Shown piece by piece: positions 22,879-24,000 of a stretch of 24,000 bases of DNA. A program made the translations under genes and the position numbers. Location: the NCBI GenBank assembly GCA_963790475.1, contig CAWBOS010000012.1, positions 864,633 to 888,632 on the forward strand, written 5' to 3'. Below the pieces are notes generated by a model. That model was not told where the DNA came from and did no database searches. It saw only the letters and a list, made by a program, of their open reading frames with translations. The stretch is from an uncultured delta proteobacterium. Its GTDB lineage: Bacteria; Desulfobacterota; RBG-13-43-22. The stretch's first letter is position 1. Every line of letters begins with the position of its first letter.

Positions 22879-23489
22879 TCAATGCATTTCCATGCCGCCG
22901 TCCACATTTATGGCCTGCCCGGTAACGTGCCTTGCTTTTACCAGATAAAGCACCAGGTCAGCCACATCTTCCGGGGTCTGAGCCTGGCCTTGGGGAATCG
23001 TACTCACATGACGTTGCCAGGATTCCTCGATGCTCTCCTCAGGTCTTTTGAAGGTTCGGGCCAGATATTCCCACATGGCGGTGTAAACGATGCCGGGACA
23101 TACGGCGTTTACCGTAATATTTGTTTTGGCCAGCTCTTTGGCCAGGGCGTTGGTGAATCCGACGACTGCAAACTTGGAGGCGCAATAAGCCGACATGGTA
23201 GGAACCCCATTCTTACCGGCAACAGAGGCGATGTTGACTATGGAACCCCAGGGTTGTCGGCGTAAATAGGGTATAACGAACTTGCAGCACAAAAAGACCC
23301 CTTTGACATTGATGTCCATGATGCGCTGCCAGTCTTCGACAGACATGTTTTCTACCAAAGCAGACTGCACAACGCCGGCGTTGTTGACAGGATGTCGGCA
23401 CCGGCCGCTGCCAGGGCCAGGGCCACCGCCTTGCCGATACCCCGGCCGGCCCCGGTCACCAGGGCAATTTTTCCTTCCAATTCGCTCAT
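22879..23489 (-). pseudogene. short-chain dehydrogenase/reductase (acetoin reductase/butanediol dehydrogenase-like) with internal deletion and frameshift
   Basis: ATG 23489 opens MSELEGKIALVTGAGRGIGKAVALALAAAGADI (Rossmann TGxxxGIG). That frame stops after 45 codons. The long ORF (track 22879..23520) is in another frame and only becomes SDR-like from VNNAGV onward (NIASVAG, YCASK, PGIV..., TGQAINVDGG). The junction at about 23383-23395 reads GACATCCTGTCAACAAC, one G short of DILVNNAG. About 55 residues normally lying between the two blocks are missing. Confidence 0.7.
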
Positions 23490-23674
23490 CCGCTTTTGAA
23501 CCCCTCTCTAATGAATTCACCCCAATAACTTCTATATTCCTGGTGAGATGTCAAGATTTTTTCTGCGAATGTTGGACTGCTTAACCCGGTATTCTGAAGG
23601 AAATAACTAATCCGGGCTTACCCCCATACCCAGGGATCAGAAAGAATAATATCAGGTAATAGCATTAATATCTA

Positions 23675-23912
23675 TTTAGCTTTTGAAATTCAAAAACTTT
23701 CTTAGACAGGATTTACAGGATTACTTTGCATTTTGTGCCTTTCCACCTGCTGGCAGGCAGGGAAAGGCACAAACAATATAGTCCTGTGGATAGAAGCCTT
23801 AATTTCCGCTGGAAGCGGATCGAGGTTGCTCAGGGCCTGACAGGACCTGAGCAAAATATCTGTAAATCCTGTTGATCCTGTCAGATATTTTTCTTCATAA
23901 GCCTAAAGTTAC
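23675..23912. repeat. dispersed intergenic repeat, long copy carrying a hairpin-rich insert
   Basis: The flanks are homologous to 20605-20677 in the opposite orientation. Between them, a 13-bp inverted repeat ACAGGATTTACAG (23706-23718) / CTGTAAATCCTGT (23860-23872) encloses three hairpins: TTTGTGCCTTTCC/GGAAAGGCACAAA (23732-23773), TCCGCT/AGCGGA (23805-23819) and GCTCAGG/CCTGAGC (23828-23852). Confidence 0.7.
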
Positions 23913-24000
23913 AAGCATTATTCCTTATTCCTGACCAACTTTTGACCGGCCTTAATGACGAACCAGCATTCAAGAATGGGGGCATTCATCGCCTAGGCCT

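Noticed and set aside
22879-23520. Treating the 213-aa ORF as an intact SDR
   Set aside because: Its first about 45 residues (MNSLERGSKADERIGRKNCPGDRGRPGYRQGGGPGPGSGRCRHP) are out-of-frame translation of the real Rossmann N-terminus, which is encoded in another frame from ATG 23489.

Overview
This is 24 kb of bacterial chromosome in two clearly different parts. (1) About 1-5550 is visibly AT-richer accessory DNA (not computed). It holds short, mostly orphan + strand ORFs separated by attC-like imperfect palindromes, which is integron gene-cassette architecture, though no integrase lies in the window. One unit is interrupted by an IS1380-family insertion sequence. A reverse-oriented XhlA/holin-like + GH108 muramidase lysis pair follows, and the block ends against a 5'-truncated family-5 ABC substrate-binding-protein gene. 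(2) About 5550-24000 is higher-GC, core-like DNA, almost all on the minus strand. It carries a family III CoA-transferase, a CitE-like acyl-CoA lyase, and a receiver-only response regulator with a cytoplasmic GAF-PAS HisKA_3 histidine kinase. Next comes a dialkylresorcinol-type (DarA/DarB-like) cluster with an acyl-CoA ligase, a small HTH protein and a BtrH-like Cys transferase. It ends with a truncated GT-C glycosyltransferase remnant, E1alpha/E1beta/E2 genes of an acetoin/2-oxoacid dehydrogenase complex, and an internally deleted, frameshifted SDR. Intergenic regions carry several dispersed structured repeats and a recurring 11-15 nt motif. No rRNA, tRNA or CRISPR array was recognised. The gene content hints at an anaerobic Desulfobacterota-like organism, but that is only a guess. 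All calls come from reading the sequence and the ORF translations by eye; no searches or folding programs were run.
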